A program made the position numbers and the translations under genes. This document shows positions 1 through 9,088 of a stretch of DNA of 33,415 nt, piece after piece. The stretch is taken from the IMG/VR virus record IMGVR_UViG_3300027881_002280. One strand, written 5' to 3'. Numbering within the stretch: the stretch's first letter is position 1; the number at the start of each line of letters is the position of its first letter. This DNA comes from a virus. The notes under the pieces are model-generated. The model was not told the DNA's origin, searched no databases, and saw only the letters and a program-made list of their open reading frames with translations.

Positions 1-1443
1 TCGGTATTTGAGCCCCTCGGGGGTTGCCTTCTCGGTGACCCCTAGGGCAACCCTAATCCGGGCTGCCCCGGCTTGGGCATCAGCCACAGAAACAAGGGTC
101 ACGGTTACCCCGGTGAGGTCCAATATCTCGGCCTCTAACCGGGCCATCTCGTAGACCTCTCGGGGTCGGGCTTGGTAGACATATCCGGCCTCGGTTGCGC
201 CCCTTATCCGGCCCTCATGTGAGAGCCCACAGAAGCAATTCCCTTGGGCCCTCAATGCCTCACATCCGGCCCACTTATTGAGGTCACGGTCGCACACATC
301 CCCGGTCCCGAGGTAGATGCAGTAGGGGCCTTGATTGAGGGCCTCTCGGATGGTCTCAAGTTGTGCCGTTGAGTACTCCGGCGCGGTCAACGTGTAGCCC
401 TCGCCGGGGTGGTTGTCTGAGGTCACGCGGCCCATGAGGGCCTCGGTGGTTTTGATGGCTTGGGCTTGGGTCCTGGGGTACCCGTATTGGGCATCGTACT
501 CGGACCTTGAGAGGGGCCTCATTCGGTCGCCGGTCGGTCGTAGTACGGTCGCCCGGTGGGCCTCTCCAAGGGCCCACCAAAGGTAGGGTGATTGACCCCC
601 GGCTCTGAGGGCTTGGGACGTTGCTTCTGACTGTCTCACGGGGTGTGCTCGGGTGGCTTGTTTCATCATCCGGTCGCGGCCCTTGACGCGGCCCTGAATG
701 GTGTGGGTGAGGTCACGGGTGGCCCCTATGCTCGTGACCCCTTGGGTTAGGTTATGCTCGGACACTTTTCCGGGGTGGGCTCGTAGGTATTGAACGGTCG
801 CCCGGCCCTTGTCGCCTAGGTTGTTTGACCGACCTGCGTACGGTGCCGTTCCGGCCTCGTGACCGTGGGTCGGTCGGGGTCGGTATTTGTAGGCAGAAAG
901 GTCCAAGTGTACGGTCGCCCCATCGCGGTATTTCTGGGTCGCCACGGGGTGGCGGCCGCCCCAGTACCGGCGTAGGTCGTCCCGCCTATTCTCCCATCCG
1001 GCAAGGGTCCCTTTGGCCTCGTGCAACCGGTCGGTTGCTAGGGTGTGCCGGTGGGCCGCGCGGTTGACCCGGCCCTCTGCCTTCTCTCGGGCCTTCTCGG
1101 TTCGGGCCTTGGCTTGTGCCGTGAGGGCTCGGTCAAGGGTAGCCTTGGTGCGGTCCACGGCATCGGCGGCCTTGGTCACCTTGTGGGATGCCTTGCAGGC
1201 CTTGGCATCGGCTTGGTCGGCCTCGGTCATGGCTTGCTTTTTCAACATGGCCAGGGGGGGCGTTTTGAGGGCCCTCGCCTTGGTCGTCATGTTGGCCTCG
1301 GGGCGTACTGCCCCGGCTTGCTTGGTGTGGGTGTGCTTGACGGTTCTCACATCCTGACGGGGTGGGCTCGGTCGGTCGGTCGGGGTGGTACGAAACGTCG
1401 TCGCACGCCCTCCCGCACATGACCAGTAGCCCAATTCCGTCAT
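1..1443 (-). CDS. Uncharacterised protein, incomplete at left window edge (about 480 aa visible), Lys/Ala/Arg-rich N-terminal coiled region and Cys-rich segment CIYLGTGDVCDRDLNKWAGCEALRAQGNCFCG
   Basis: Hand translation of the reverse strand in the phase starting at base 1 has no stop from 1443 to 1; in-frame ATG at 1443-1441 (MTELGYWSC...); TATA-like GTATATAAA about 29 nt upstream on the minus strand. Not in the supplied ORF track because it is open at the edge. Confidence 0.75.
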   Translation of the reverse strand, partial: MTELGYWSCAGGRATTFRTTPTDRPSPPRQDVRTVKHTHTKQAGAVRPEANMTTKARALKTPPLAMLKKQAMTEADQADAKACKASHKVTKAADAVDRTKATLDRALTAQAKARTEKAREKAEGRVNRAAHRHTLATDRLHEAKGTLAGWENRRDDLRRYWGGRHPVATQKYRDGATVHLDLSAYKYRPRPTHGHEAGTAPYAGRSNNLGDKGRATVQYLRAHPGKVSEHNLTQGVTSIGATRDLTHTIQGRVKGRDRMMKQATRAHPVRQSEATSQALRAGGQSPYLWWALGEAHRATVLRPTGDRMRPLSRSEYDAQYGYPRTQAQAIKTTEALMGRVTSDNHPGEGYTLTAPEYSTAQLETIREALNQGPYCIYLGTGDVCDRDLNKWAGCEALRAQGNCFCGLSHEGRIRGATEAGYVYQARPREVYEMARLEAEILDLTGVTVTLVSVADAQAGAARIRVALGVTEKATPEGLKYR

Positions 1444-2525
1444 GTCATGGCCATGGGTGGGGCCCTTTATATACTCTCGGTCACGTTTGCCGGTTTGTGA
1501 AACGGTCATTTTGAACGTAGCCAGGGTACCGTTCATTTGGCACATTCGCCTAATGGTGCCGGTTATCCGGTCGCGCCCTCGGTCGCCCTCGCGGCCTTGG
1601 TCTCCGTGGCCGGGCTTGCGCCGGTCCCCGGCCCTCGCCGGTCGGTCGGTCGGCCCCTCTCGGGGTCGGTCGGTCGGCCCTCGGTGGTCGGTCGCCCATG
1701 TGACCAAAATGGTCGCCGCCAGCGGCCTCGCCCATCAGCGGGTCCTAGCCCAAGATGGGGTCAACGAGGCCGCCTCAGCGACCGAAACGGTGAGCCTAAC
1801 AGGGAGGTCTATAGACCGATGACCAGTAGGTGCCTGAGGTATCCCTAGGAATGATGCCAACAGTAGGGGCTTTGCCGCTCACTCACCGGGTCGATAAGGG
1901 AGCCGCGAGGCTGAGCCCGCCAAAGGACAAACAGTCCCCCGTCCGAGTAGCAGGTGCTTAGACCGAGTGGTAACCAGTCACCGAATGCCTGAGGACTGTG
2001 AGCCGAAGGATTACAGGTGGGTCTACCTGCACCGCTAGTAGACCGGGACAACCGAGCCTGTATAAGTGACTGGAATATGCTAGTGTCAAGACGATACCAC
2101 AAGTCAGGGAGGACACGTTAACATTCAGAGTGACGACCTCCCGTCCAATGACGAGCGTATCTGACGGACCGATTATACTCAATCCCCTGCCATGAGGGGG
2201 CGAGGGTTAGCACCCTCACACAATATCATGGCTGGGCATGAGCCCGTGTTATGAACTGATGACGGCAGGGAGTGACACCATGTCCATAAGGCCGCCCCGA
2301 ACTGAAAAGGGTGCACAGAACGACCGAAGTAGGTGAGGGGTCCTGAAAACACTGCGAACGTCGATAGACGAGCCCATAGCATCGACGAGCAGAAGTCCGG
2401 CACCGAGGGGCTCTCGGTTAAACTCGGGCACTATGGCTCACCTGGTCTCCAGGGCTGAGTCCAACGAGCCATTCACTCTTACCAGTTTTCACAGTCCAAC
2501 AACGGACACCCCAAGAGGTAGTTCA

Positions 2526-2930
2526 ATGAGTAACGACAAGACTCCGAACACTTCCCAGACGGGTCAGCATGCCGAGGCTATCGCAGCCTTGGAACGCGCT
2601 CGTGCAAAGGGCTATATCTCCGAGAAGCAATTCGGCGAGAGCATAGCCAACATCACGAGCCAGTCGTCTGGTGGCAAGGCAAAGGCGCAGTGGATTGAAC
2701 TCGACTCGTTCCCGGTCTCCGTGACCGAGGGCGGAACGAGGACCGTCACTGCGACCAAGCACATCGCGCCCAACGGCGTCGTGAGCTTCGGCGTAAGCCA
2801 GAAACTCACCGTGCCCGACGGTACCACCTTCCCCAAGGGATTCACTCCCCTGGACCGAGTGGACAACACCGTCACGGGATACCGTGCGATGCAGAAGGTC
2901 GCCAAGGCCGCCGAGAAGGCTGAGCAGTAG
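2526..2930 (+). CDS. Hypothetical protein (MSNDKTPNTSQTGQH...), 134 aa
   Basis: Open frame; SD-like AGAGGT before ATG 2526; Ala/Glu-rich amphipathic start and beta-rich C-terminal half. Confidence 0.65.
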   Translation: MSNDKTPNTSQTGQHAEAIAALERARAKGYISEKQFGESIANITSQSSGGKAKAQWIELDSFPVSVTEGGTRTVTATKHIAPNGVVSFGVSQKLTVPDGTTFPKGFTPLDRVDNTVTGYRAMQKVAKAAEKAEQ

Positions 2931-3035
2931 TCCCCGCTCTGGTGGCTAGTCCCCCCAACCTGCGTACCGCGAAGGGCTCAGCGGTATATCAAAACGAGCC
3001 CATCCCTTTCACCCAATCAATCAGGAGATGCTAAG

Positions 3036-3182
3036 ATGCCTACGATAACGATAAGGCAATGCCGAGAGTGCAGGAACATAGTGAATCCACTCTCGTACGT
3101 GATGGACCGAGGAGACGCAATCTACATGTGTGAGTGTTGCTACTCCAGAGACATCAAGACCACCAATCACGAACTTCACTGA
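3036..3182 (+). CDS. 48-aa Cys-rich protein (MPTITIRQCRECRN...CECCYSRD)
   Basis: CxxC...CECC pattern; GGAG 9 nt upstream of ATG. Confidence 0.6.
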   Translation: MPTITIRQCRECRNIVNPLSYVMDRGDAIYMCECCYSRDIKTTNHELH

Positions 3183-3396
3183 TTCCCTCTCACGCAGGTG
3201 ACTGCATGAGTAGTGCTGAATAGCACATACCAAAGCCTGCTGCGAACGCAGAGGTAACGCCGAAAGGCACAGCCGGTATGACCGCCCACCGGTTAAAATT
3301 ACAGCGGGTCCGCCCCCGTAGTGCTGAGGGGAATGGCGATACATAACATATCAGCGCTGGCCCCCCAGGGGGTCTCCCTTTCACTGGAGGAATCAA

Positions 3397-3519
3397 ATGC
3401 TTGACTGCGAATGCTCCGAATGCGGCGGAGATGTTAATCTCTACGAGCACAGAGACGGGTATTACTTCATCGCTGAGCCGTGTAAGGTGTGTCTTGAGCG
3501 GGCAAGAGGAAAGGGTTGA
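3397..3519 (+). CDS. 40-aa zinc-ribbon-like protein (MLDCECSECGGDVN...CKVCLERARGKG)
   Basis: Two CxxC knuckles; GGAGG upstream of ATG. Confidence 0.65.
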   Translation: MLDCECSECGGDVNLYEHRDGYYFIAEPCKVCLERARGKG

Positions 3520-3523
3520 TGGA

Positions 3524-3679
3524 ATGAACAAGACTTTGTTAACCAAGCGTATACTCATGCATCTCAGTGATGCGGAGTTCGATGTGGAGCATGGGCACTC
3601 GATTGAGGCCCAGAACTCAGCACATAAGGCCCACAAGTTGCTTGTGGAATACAACAAGCGAGTAGACGACAGGATGTGA
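3524..3679 (+). CDS. Small hypothetical protein MNKTLLTKRILMHLSDAEFDVEHGHS...
   Basis: C-terminal part of track ORF 3401-3679, restarted at ATG 3524 after the zinc-ribbon ORF. Confidence 0.5.
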   Translation: MNKTLLTKRILMHLSDAEFDVEHGHSIEAQNSAHKAHKLLVEYNKRVDDRM

Positions 3680-3692
3680 GACAACGAGCAGG

Positions 3693-3854
3693 ATAAAGTT
3701 ACAAGTCATCGAGTGCGATGACGAGTGCGACAATGTCTTCGCTGGCGCTGGGACTGAGTCCTACGTGATGAAGCAGGCCCGAGAGAAGGGCTGGGTATTC
3801 ACCGGTGGTGGAGACTTTTGCTGCCGAGCATGCTTCGACAACTGGAGGGCTTAG
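3693..3854 (+). CDS. Cys-rich protein (I/M)KLQVIECDDECDN...GGGDFCCRACFDNWRA, no canonical start
   Basis: CDDEC and CCRAC knuckles; no ATG/GTG/TTG/CTG between the upstream stop (3663) and the first Cys; ATA at 3693 fits. Confidence 0.4.
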   Translation: MKLQVIECDDECDNVFAGAGTESYVMKQAREKGWVFTGGGDFCCRACFDNWRA

Positions 3855-3855
3855 G

Positions 3856-3987
3856 ATGTGCGAGGAGGAACCAGACCTTCACGACCACACCAACCACGAG
3901 GTTGTCATAGTCGCAAACGATGGTCTGACATCCCTCTACTGCATCTCCTGTGATGAGAACATATACACGACCACATACATCATGTGA
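3856..3987 (+). CDS. Small hypothetical protein MCEEEPDLHDHTNHEVVIVANDG...CISCDE
   Basis: ATG directly after the preceding stop; CxxC motif. Confidence 0.45.
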   Translation: MCEEEPDLHDHTNHEVVIVANDGLTSLYCISCDENIYTTTYIM

Positions 3988-3996
3988 GTGGGTAGT

Positions 3997-4275
3997 ATGG
4001 ATGGGCTAACAATCAACTTCAACATCTCGTTCACCGACGGTGACTGTGAGTGCATGAAGCACGACCTGAGTGATAACGAGTTCTTCGGAGGCACCTATAA
4101 TAACCTCACCAAGAAGATATTCGTATACTTCGAGATGCATCTATATATGATGGTTGTTGAGCGCATCACCAATACACTATTACATGAGTTGATACACTGG
4201 GGTTGTGATGCCACCGAGTATCAGACCTCCGAGATGGCCACCGAAATCAACGATTGGCTGAATGAAGTCGAGTAA
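3997..4275 (+). CDS. Small putative zinc metallopeptidase (HExxH)
   Basis: LLHELIHWGCDATEYQTSEMATE contains HELIH; ATG 3997 (upstream GTG 3988 also possible). Confidence 0.6.
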   Translation: MDGLTINFNISFTDGDCECMKHDLSDNEFFGGTYNNLTKKIFVYFEMHLYMMVVERITNTLLHELIHWGCDATEYQTSEMATEINDWLNEVE

Positions 4276-4654
4276 CTGGTATGCCCTCGGATTACCTTAG
4301 AGGCCCTGGGTTTACTCCGTCTGTAGCGGTCCAACGACACGACTAAAGGACGGACTGAAATCAAAAAACTATGTGTGAAAGAATTCGTGCGGGTGGGCTC
4401 CGCCGATTTTAAATGCCCATCGGGAACGAGCCGCGCCCACCTTCGGGAAAAGACGGTTCACCCTTCTCGATACCGGATGCTCAAAAGGGCAGGGATTAGG
4501 GTAGTAGGGTCAGTGATTATGGCAACGCCGGTTCAACCGGGTCGTTCCATTTATATCCATAACCTTACTTCGACCTGGCTCATACCGAAGAGTATGAGTT
4601 GTCTTTATTCCCTGTTGGGGTACGCGACCCCCTTCCGGCGGGACAAGGGATATT

Positions 4655-4876
4655 ATGAGTGGCGACCAGTGCGACAACTGCTTGGAGAATGTAAAGGATG
4701 AGTATGGCTTAGAGAGGTGTTTCTGCATTGAGAACATCATGGCCTATGAGGGAGACATCGAGGCGGATGGTATGCCCACCATGGAGATGTTCGAGAGAGC
4801 ATGGCATGACAACGACGTTCATTGCAACGCTCAGAAGATACCTGGCGTTGATTATACACAACCAGCGAGAGGATAG
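4655..4876 (+). CDS. Small Cys-rich hypothetical protein MSGDQCDNCLENVKDEYGLERCFC...
   Basis: CDNC and CFC motifs in an otherwise open frame. Confidence 0.55.
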   Translation: MSGDQCDNCLENVKDEYGLERCFCIENIMAYEGDIEADGMPTMEMFERAWHDNDVHCNAQKIPGVDYTQPARG

Positions 4877-5203
4877 GATGAAACCGAGAGTATTACCACT
4901 CGACCCCACCGTGCCCATGAGTCGTGCCATTGCGGAGTTAGAGACTGCCGCAGCCAGAGCCCACACCTACGGTAGGTTCTGGATGGCATACAACGACCAC
5001 GCTCATGGGAAGAGGTGGTTCGCAACGGAGAGCAGTCTCCGTGAGACGGCACAGGAGTTGAGGTATCAACAGTTCTATATGTTGAATCCACCACCAGTAG
5101 ACACGCCTACTCGTCCCCGTTAGACGAGTGGTGAATACGATAGTGACAGTTGGCGCATATCAACTGACATTTCTCCATTGGTGCATACATAGGAGACGGT
5201 ATC

Positions 5204-5569
5204 ATGAACGACGAGCAGGCCCTGTGGTCCTCGACCAAATCGAAGGGAGAGAGCATACCCAAGAAGATGCTCACTCGGATGTTCGGCGGACCCAGCAAGC
5301 AGCGGAGGAAGAAGCGTCCGCAGGCAAAGAAGGCGAGGAGTTCACAGGTTGTGGACACGGCCATCACCCCCAACCCCAAGAGGTTTGGTGACTGGGCGAG
5401 GACCGAGAGGCGCAGGTCAGTGAAGGCTCACAACCACAGGGGAGCCTACAAGGGTACCCCTCAGAACAACACCACCATCGAATGCCCCGGCTGCGGGGAA
5501 GCCAGAGACGCCGACAAGGTAGGCGGCGGATGGAAGCAGTGCAACACTTGTGGGGTGAAGGTACGGTAG
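5204..5569 (+). CDS. Basic protein with C-terminal zinc ribbon (CPGCGEA...CNTCGVKVR)
   Basis: Lys/Arg-rich linker followed by paired CxxC knuckles. Confidence 0.6.
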   Translation: MNDEQALWSSTKSKGESIPKKMLTRMFGGPSKQRRKKRPQAKKARSSQVVDTAITPNPKRFGDWARTERRRSVKAHNHRGAYKGTPQNNTTIECPGCGEARDADKVGGGWKQCNTCGVKVR

Positions 5570-5705
5570 AGACAACCCTCTACCCACCGTGCGATTACCT
5601 GGACCTGTTCCAGTGTACCGCAGTGGATGAGGACCACCGGATGAGGTTTCACTGCTTGGCATGTCTGAACCTCATATCGGCTGGGCTGTGCCCGGAGGGG
5701 ATAGT

Positions 5706-6122
5706 ATGAGCCGCGTGTATGAGGTGAGATACCATACAAATAACAGGGTGAGAGAGAAGTTCCCGAATGGGGATACGATAGCACACAGCCCCTTTCCACC
5801 AGAACTGATAACCGACAACCAAGGCAACCTCCTATATCGGGTACAGTCGAAGCATAACACCTCTGTATACATCAGGACTGAGGATGTTGTATTCATAGGC
5901 AAGAAGGTGGGAGTGAGCATCGTCGAGGGTATCAGACTTGAGAGGCGCAAGGGATGGGTGCAGATGTACATCGCATCACCTCTCATACCCGTGGCCTTCA
6001 TCGACATCGGGGAGGAGCATGAGCCTCTAGCACTGAGGACTAACTTTTACTGCAACGCAACGGGTGTGGACCGTGTCATGTGGCAAGGTTACACCAGGGC
6101 AGGAGTAAGGATAGTAGCATGA
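5706..6122 (+). CDS. Hypothetical protein MSRVYEVRYHTNNRVREKFPNGD...
   Basis: Internal ATG of track ORF 5661-6122 directly after a gggga-rich sequence. Confidence 0.6.
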   Translation: MSRVYEVRYHTNNRVREKFPNGDTIAHSPFPPELITDNQGNLLYRVQSKHNTSVYIRTEDVVFIGKKVGVSIVEGIRLERRKGWVQMYIASPLIPVAFIDIGEEHEPLALRTNFYCNATGVDRVMWQGYTRAGVRIVA

Positions 6123-6156
6123 GAACGAAGATACTAGACTACTAGGACGTGATACA

Positions 6157-6273
6157 ATGGAAAAATGCCCAAGATGCGGGGAGCCCCTGGAGATATGCGG
6201 CTCTTTGCAGACCTGCCGTTTTTGCGATTACAAACCGGTTGTTAGAGATTCAAACGGTCACTTTCCAAGATAA
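6157..6273 (+). CDS. 38-aa zinc-ribbon protein MEKCPRCGEPLEICGSLQTCRFCDYKPVVRDSNGHFPR
   Basis: Four CxxC-type cysteines in 23 residues. Confidence 0.6.
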   Translation: MEKCPRCGEPLEICGSLQTCRFCDYKPVVRDSNGHFPR

Positions 6274-6285
6274 GGAGGTAGTACA

Positions 6286-6496
6286 ATCACCGAATGTTTC
6301 ATCATATGCCACGAGTGCGGGGCACCAATCCCAGTGAAGATACTCAAGTCCCTTTATGTATGCCTCTCATTTTCGGTGACGTGTGAGTGTGGCTGGCGCA
6401 TCTCAGGAACGAAGATACCAAAGACAGATGGGCCAACACCAATGTCACGAGCAGCCGCAAAGAGGGCGAAGAGAGAGAACAAGGACCTATTACCAT
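6286..6496 (+). CDS. Cys-rich protein (I/M)TECFIICHECGAPIPVKI...CECGWRISG, candidate ATC start
   Basis: GGAGG at 6274-6278, 7 nt before ATC 6286; stop TAA 6271 excludes any upstream ATG/GTG/TTG/CTG; CHEC/CECG knuckles follow. End coordinate is the TAG near 6496. Confidence 0.5.
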
Positions 6497-6514
6497 AGGT
6501 ACCGAGGCGAGCAA

Positions 6515-6736
6515 ATGGAGCTACTTACGCTAAGTGAGATAGACTACGTGGAGTGCCCAACCATCTACGAGGCTGTAAATGGTTACGTGTTGGTGTTGGC
6601 TGGGTCTCAGTCACCGTCTATGCTCATTGACTGCGAAGAGTGTGAGCCAGAAGAAGAGGAGTTCGAGGACGATGAAGTATACCCTGGACCACCTGTTGAT
6701 GGACGACCTGGGGAACATCCTGGGCAAGTTGGATGA
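6515..6736 (+). CDS. Acidic hypothetical protein MELLTLSEIDYVECPTIYEAV...
   Basis: Internal ATG of track ORF 6383-6736. Confidence 0.5.
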   Translation: MELLTLSEIDYVECPTIYEAVNGYVLVLAGSQSPSMLIDCEECEPEEEEFEDDEVYPGPPVDGRPGEHPGQVG

Positions 6737-6851
6737 TTGCGGCGTCGAGGGCTGGTACTGGGAATCCCACGATGGGTCCATGGGATATGCAGACACCGAG
6801 GATGAGGCTCTCACCGCATTTTACGCTTACTACGGCATAAGGAGGAAGTGA
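6672..6851 (+). CDS. Small hypothetical protein MKYTLDHLLMDDLGNILGKLDD...
   Basis: Internal ATG of track ORF 6579-6851; overlaps the preceding CDS. Confidence 0.45.
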   Translation: MKYTLDHLLMDDLGNILGKLDDCGVEGWYWESHDGSMGYADTEDEALTAFYAYYGIRRK

Positions 6852-6852
6852 T

Positions 6853-7134
6853 ATGTTCAGATGGCTGAAAGAAATCAGAGATGATATAGCAGACCTCTAC
6901 CGGCACAAGGCATCACACGGCCATACACACACCGACATCTACGGCTTCGACCGCATCAAGATGCTGGAGGAACACACCAGGCGTCTGCTCGATGAGAATA
7001 TCATCCTGTATCAGAGACAGGAAGTTCTCGACAGGCGTAATCAAGAGCTGAAGGCCCGACTCGAAATGCTCCAACAGGCGGTAGACCTAGCAGCGCAGCG
7101 CATGGATGCGATGGATTGGGAGATGATTCGCTGA
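6853..7134 (+). CDS. Coiled-coil hypothetical protein MFRWLKEIRDDIADLYRHK...
   Basis: Open frame, heptad-like C-terminal half. Confidence 0.6.
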   Translation: MFRWLKEIRDDIADLYRHKASHGHTHTDIYGFDRIKMLEEHTRRLLDENIILYQRQEVLDRRNQELKARLEMLQQAVDLAAQRMDAMDWEMIR

Positions 7135-7286
7135 CCTCAATCACCTGTGAGTGTGGTGAGAGGGTTGAGTTCAGGGAGACCACCAACGACTGGCATGACC
7201 AGGGCTTCCACGAGGACGCTGAAGCACTTTATCAGGGTGAATGCACCTGTAACAGGGAGTTCTTCATCCTTCAATACAAACACTAA
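7131..7286 (+). CDS. Cys-rich small protein (L/M)TSITCECGERVEF...GECTCNREFFILQYKH, candidate CTG start
   Basis: CECG/CTC motifs; CTG overlaps the preceding TGA as CTGA. Confidence 0.4.
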   Translation: MTSITCECGERVEFRETTNDWHDQGFHEDAEALYQGECTCNREFFILQYKH

Positions 7287-7363
7287 CACCATCCTCCCCC
7301 CAAAGCAGTCTCGGTCCCGTCCTGCTTCAACAAAGACGGGCATCACTATCCAGAGGTTTATAA

Positions 7364-7759
7364 ATGCACCTAGAGGAACACTTGATAAACAAGGGCAAGT
7401 CGGAAAACTCCTACGGATGGGGTGCTGGTCAGCAGTTGGAGGCACTACGCTTCTACCTGTCTGATGCAGTGGAGATTGTGGAAGAATGGCAGGAGGAGGA
7501 CTATCAAGGTGAGTGTCTCGCCATCATGAGGGTGGGGAGTGTCATCTTCCTTTGGAGGGACTCGTTTGGTTCATGCTCAGGTTGCGATGCACTTGAGGGT
7601 AGCGACGGGTACGAATACATCGAGGACACCCTCGGTGAGGGGAACACCAGGCAGTTTGACAATCTGGCGGACGCCAAGAGTTACATCGAGAAGACCGAGG
7701 ACTGGTCCTGGACGTATCACAAGGCGAAGATGATAGAAATGATAGATAGTGTGGAGTAG
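7364..7759 (+). CDS. Hypothetical protein, 131 aa (start uncertain)
   Basis: Long open frame; TTTATAAA lies immediately upstream, so the true start may be further downstream. Confidence 0.55.
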   Translation: MHLEEHLINKGKSENSYGWGAGQQLEALRFYLSDAVEIVEEWQEEDYQGECLAIMRVGSVIFLWRDSFGSCSGCDALEGSDGYEYIEDTLGEGNTRQFDNLADAKSYIEKTEDWSWTYHKAKMIEMIDSVE

Positions 7760-7770
7760 GACGGATACTA

Positions 7771-8001
7771 ATGGGTCTAACCACAGCACTCAATATAAAC
7801 GGTGAGCCTAACGAGACGAGGGTCTGGTTACAGTGGGTCAGATATAGAGGTGGCAAGGAAGAGCCACATCTGATGCTGCGTGTAGAGCAGACTGGTACCG
7901 ACAAGAATGGTCACAGGTACACCGAGGTCATCTCCAACACGAGGGTGGACCCAGGTCAGTTCAGGAAGATGGTGCTTTTCGAGATTGGGGAGAACGACTG
8001 A
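7771..8001 (+). CDS. Hypothetical protein MGLTTALNINGEPNETRVWLQWVRY...
   Basis: Open frame, tight junction with the next CDS. Confidence 0.6.
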   Translation: MGLTTALNINGEPNETRVWLQWVRYRGGKEEPHLMLRVEQTGTDKNGHRYTEVISNTRVDPGQFRKMVLFEIGEND

Positions 8002-8354
8002 TGAGTTTCCTAGATATCCTAACAGGCAGGGAGAAGACCAAGAAGGGCTTCAAGTGGTCCTATGCTGGTGACCTTGCTGATGGTCAGATTACAACCTGTG
8101 GAGCCAAGACAAAGTGCAAACTCTGTGGCAACCACATGAAGAAGGGCGACAAGCGCTTCACTACCGAGGAGTTCCACGCCAATGTATATCGGAACGTCCA
8201 GAAGCACTACCACATAAGGTGTGCTCAGTGGCTCATACTCGTGGAGGCCAACCGACTGCTGCATCAACATGACCTCTTGGCCATGATATTCGATGCAGAT
8301 TTCCCCGTGCCAAATGAGGTGCGGGAACTGTTCGAGAGGAAGATAAATGAGTAA
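8001..8354 (+). CDS. Zinc-finger protein, treble-clef-like (CKLCGNHMKKGDKRF...HYHIRC)
   Basis: CxxC followed by HxxxC-type ligands in PARP-finger-like spacing. Confidence 0.6.
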   Translation: MSFLDILTGREKTKKGFKWSYAGDLADGQITTCGAKTKCKLCGNHMKKGDKRFTTEEFHANVYRNVQKHYHIRCAQWLILVEANRLLHQHDLLAMIFDADFPVPNEVRELFERKINE

Positions 8355-8574
8355 TGAGGCACCAGATGACTGCCGACTATGCCACGAAACAGGGTGCAAA
8401 TGTCGGAAGTATTTAAGTGACCTGCTTCGGGCGATGGAGCGCCTGGATGAAGTTGGGGAGATAACGATTACAACCGCACCACGACGGGGTGAGATTGATG
8501 CCAGAGAGCACTACACCCTGTTCATGCGGGATTATTTCATCGCAACCGGTATACACTGGAAGCAAAAGGAGTGA
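8347..8574 (+). CDS. Hypothetical Cys-rich protein (SNEAPDDCRLCHETGCKC...)
   Basis: Open frame overlapping both neighbours by a few nt. Confidence 0.5.
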   Translation: MSNEAPDDCRLCHETGCKCRKYLSDLLRAMERLDEVGEITITTAPRRGEIDAREHYTLFMRDYFIATGIHWKQKE

Positions 8575-8924
8575 AATCCTTGGCAGGCGACCTAGACAAC
8601 CTCCGTTCGGACGTTATCGAGGCTCGCGGCGAGGTCAACCTCCAGCTAGGCACGGACTACGAGTGGACGCAGGAGTTCACCGCCGACGCCGACGGCATGA
8701 CCTTTCGGGGTCTGTTGAACGCGACGGGTGCCGCAACGAAGATTGAGGCTCTGAAGGAGCGTCAAGAGCAGAAGGGAAAGACTATTGAGGGCATCATTGT
8801 CCACATCAAGTCTACCGGACGCTCGGGACGCCCCCGAAAGTTCTCCTCTCTCTCCGCTGCGTACGATTACGTGCTTCAGCCGGGTGACCAAATCAAGGTG
8901 ACCTTCAAGATTGGCACCAACTAG
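8571..8924 (+). CDS. Candidate ubiquitin-like (beta-grasp) protein upstream of JAB/E1/E2-like genes
   Basis: Small protein ending ...YVLQPGDQIKVTFKIGTN; predicted beta-beta-alpha-beta pattern by eye; C-terminal GTN recalls the 'GTKG' tail I remember for PRTRC protein C. Weak sequence evidence; position is the main argument. Confidence 0.35.
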   Translation: MKSLAGDLDNLRSDVIEARGEVNLQLGTDYEWTQEFTADADGMTFRGLLNATGAATKIEALKERQEQKGKTIEGIIVHIKSTGRSGRPRKFSSLSAAYDYVLQPGDQIKVTFKIGTN

Positions 8925-9088
8925 GTGTCAGTCGGGTCATTTTGCCGCGTGTCCTTGGAAGAGAGCATCTGCGTGAACAACCCACCTGGGGGGGGTCAAA
9001 CCCCCAACCCATCCTGGGGAAGTCGGAACCTAGTAGTGACCTGTAAGGGAGTGTGCGCGTCTGACGACACGTTCCCCTCTGGGAAGTC

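Noticed and set aside
1600-1750. GGTCGG-rich tracts as a possible CRISPR or tandem repeat array
   Set aside because: Repeats are irregular 4-nt-type words without fixed spacers; no CRISPR array is visible in the window.
1442-1848. Plus-strand ORFs 1442-1822 and 1537-1848
   Set aside because: Ser/Arg/Pro-rich translations of the high-GC repeat region near the promoter of the minus-strand gene; no start signal.
2179-2403. Minus-strand ORFs across 1845-2431
   Set aside because: Short, mutually overlapping, no recognisable features or translation signals.
4375-4701. 108-aa plus-strand ORF
   Set aside because: No domain-like pattern, overlaps the Cys-rich ORF at 4655, and the region looks intergenic or structured.
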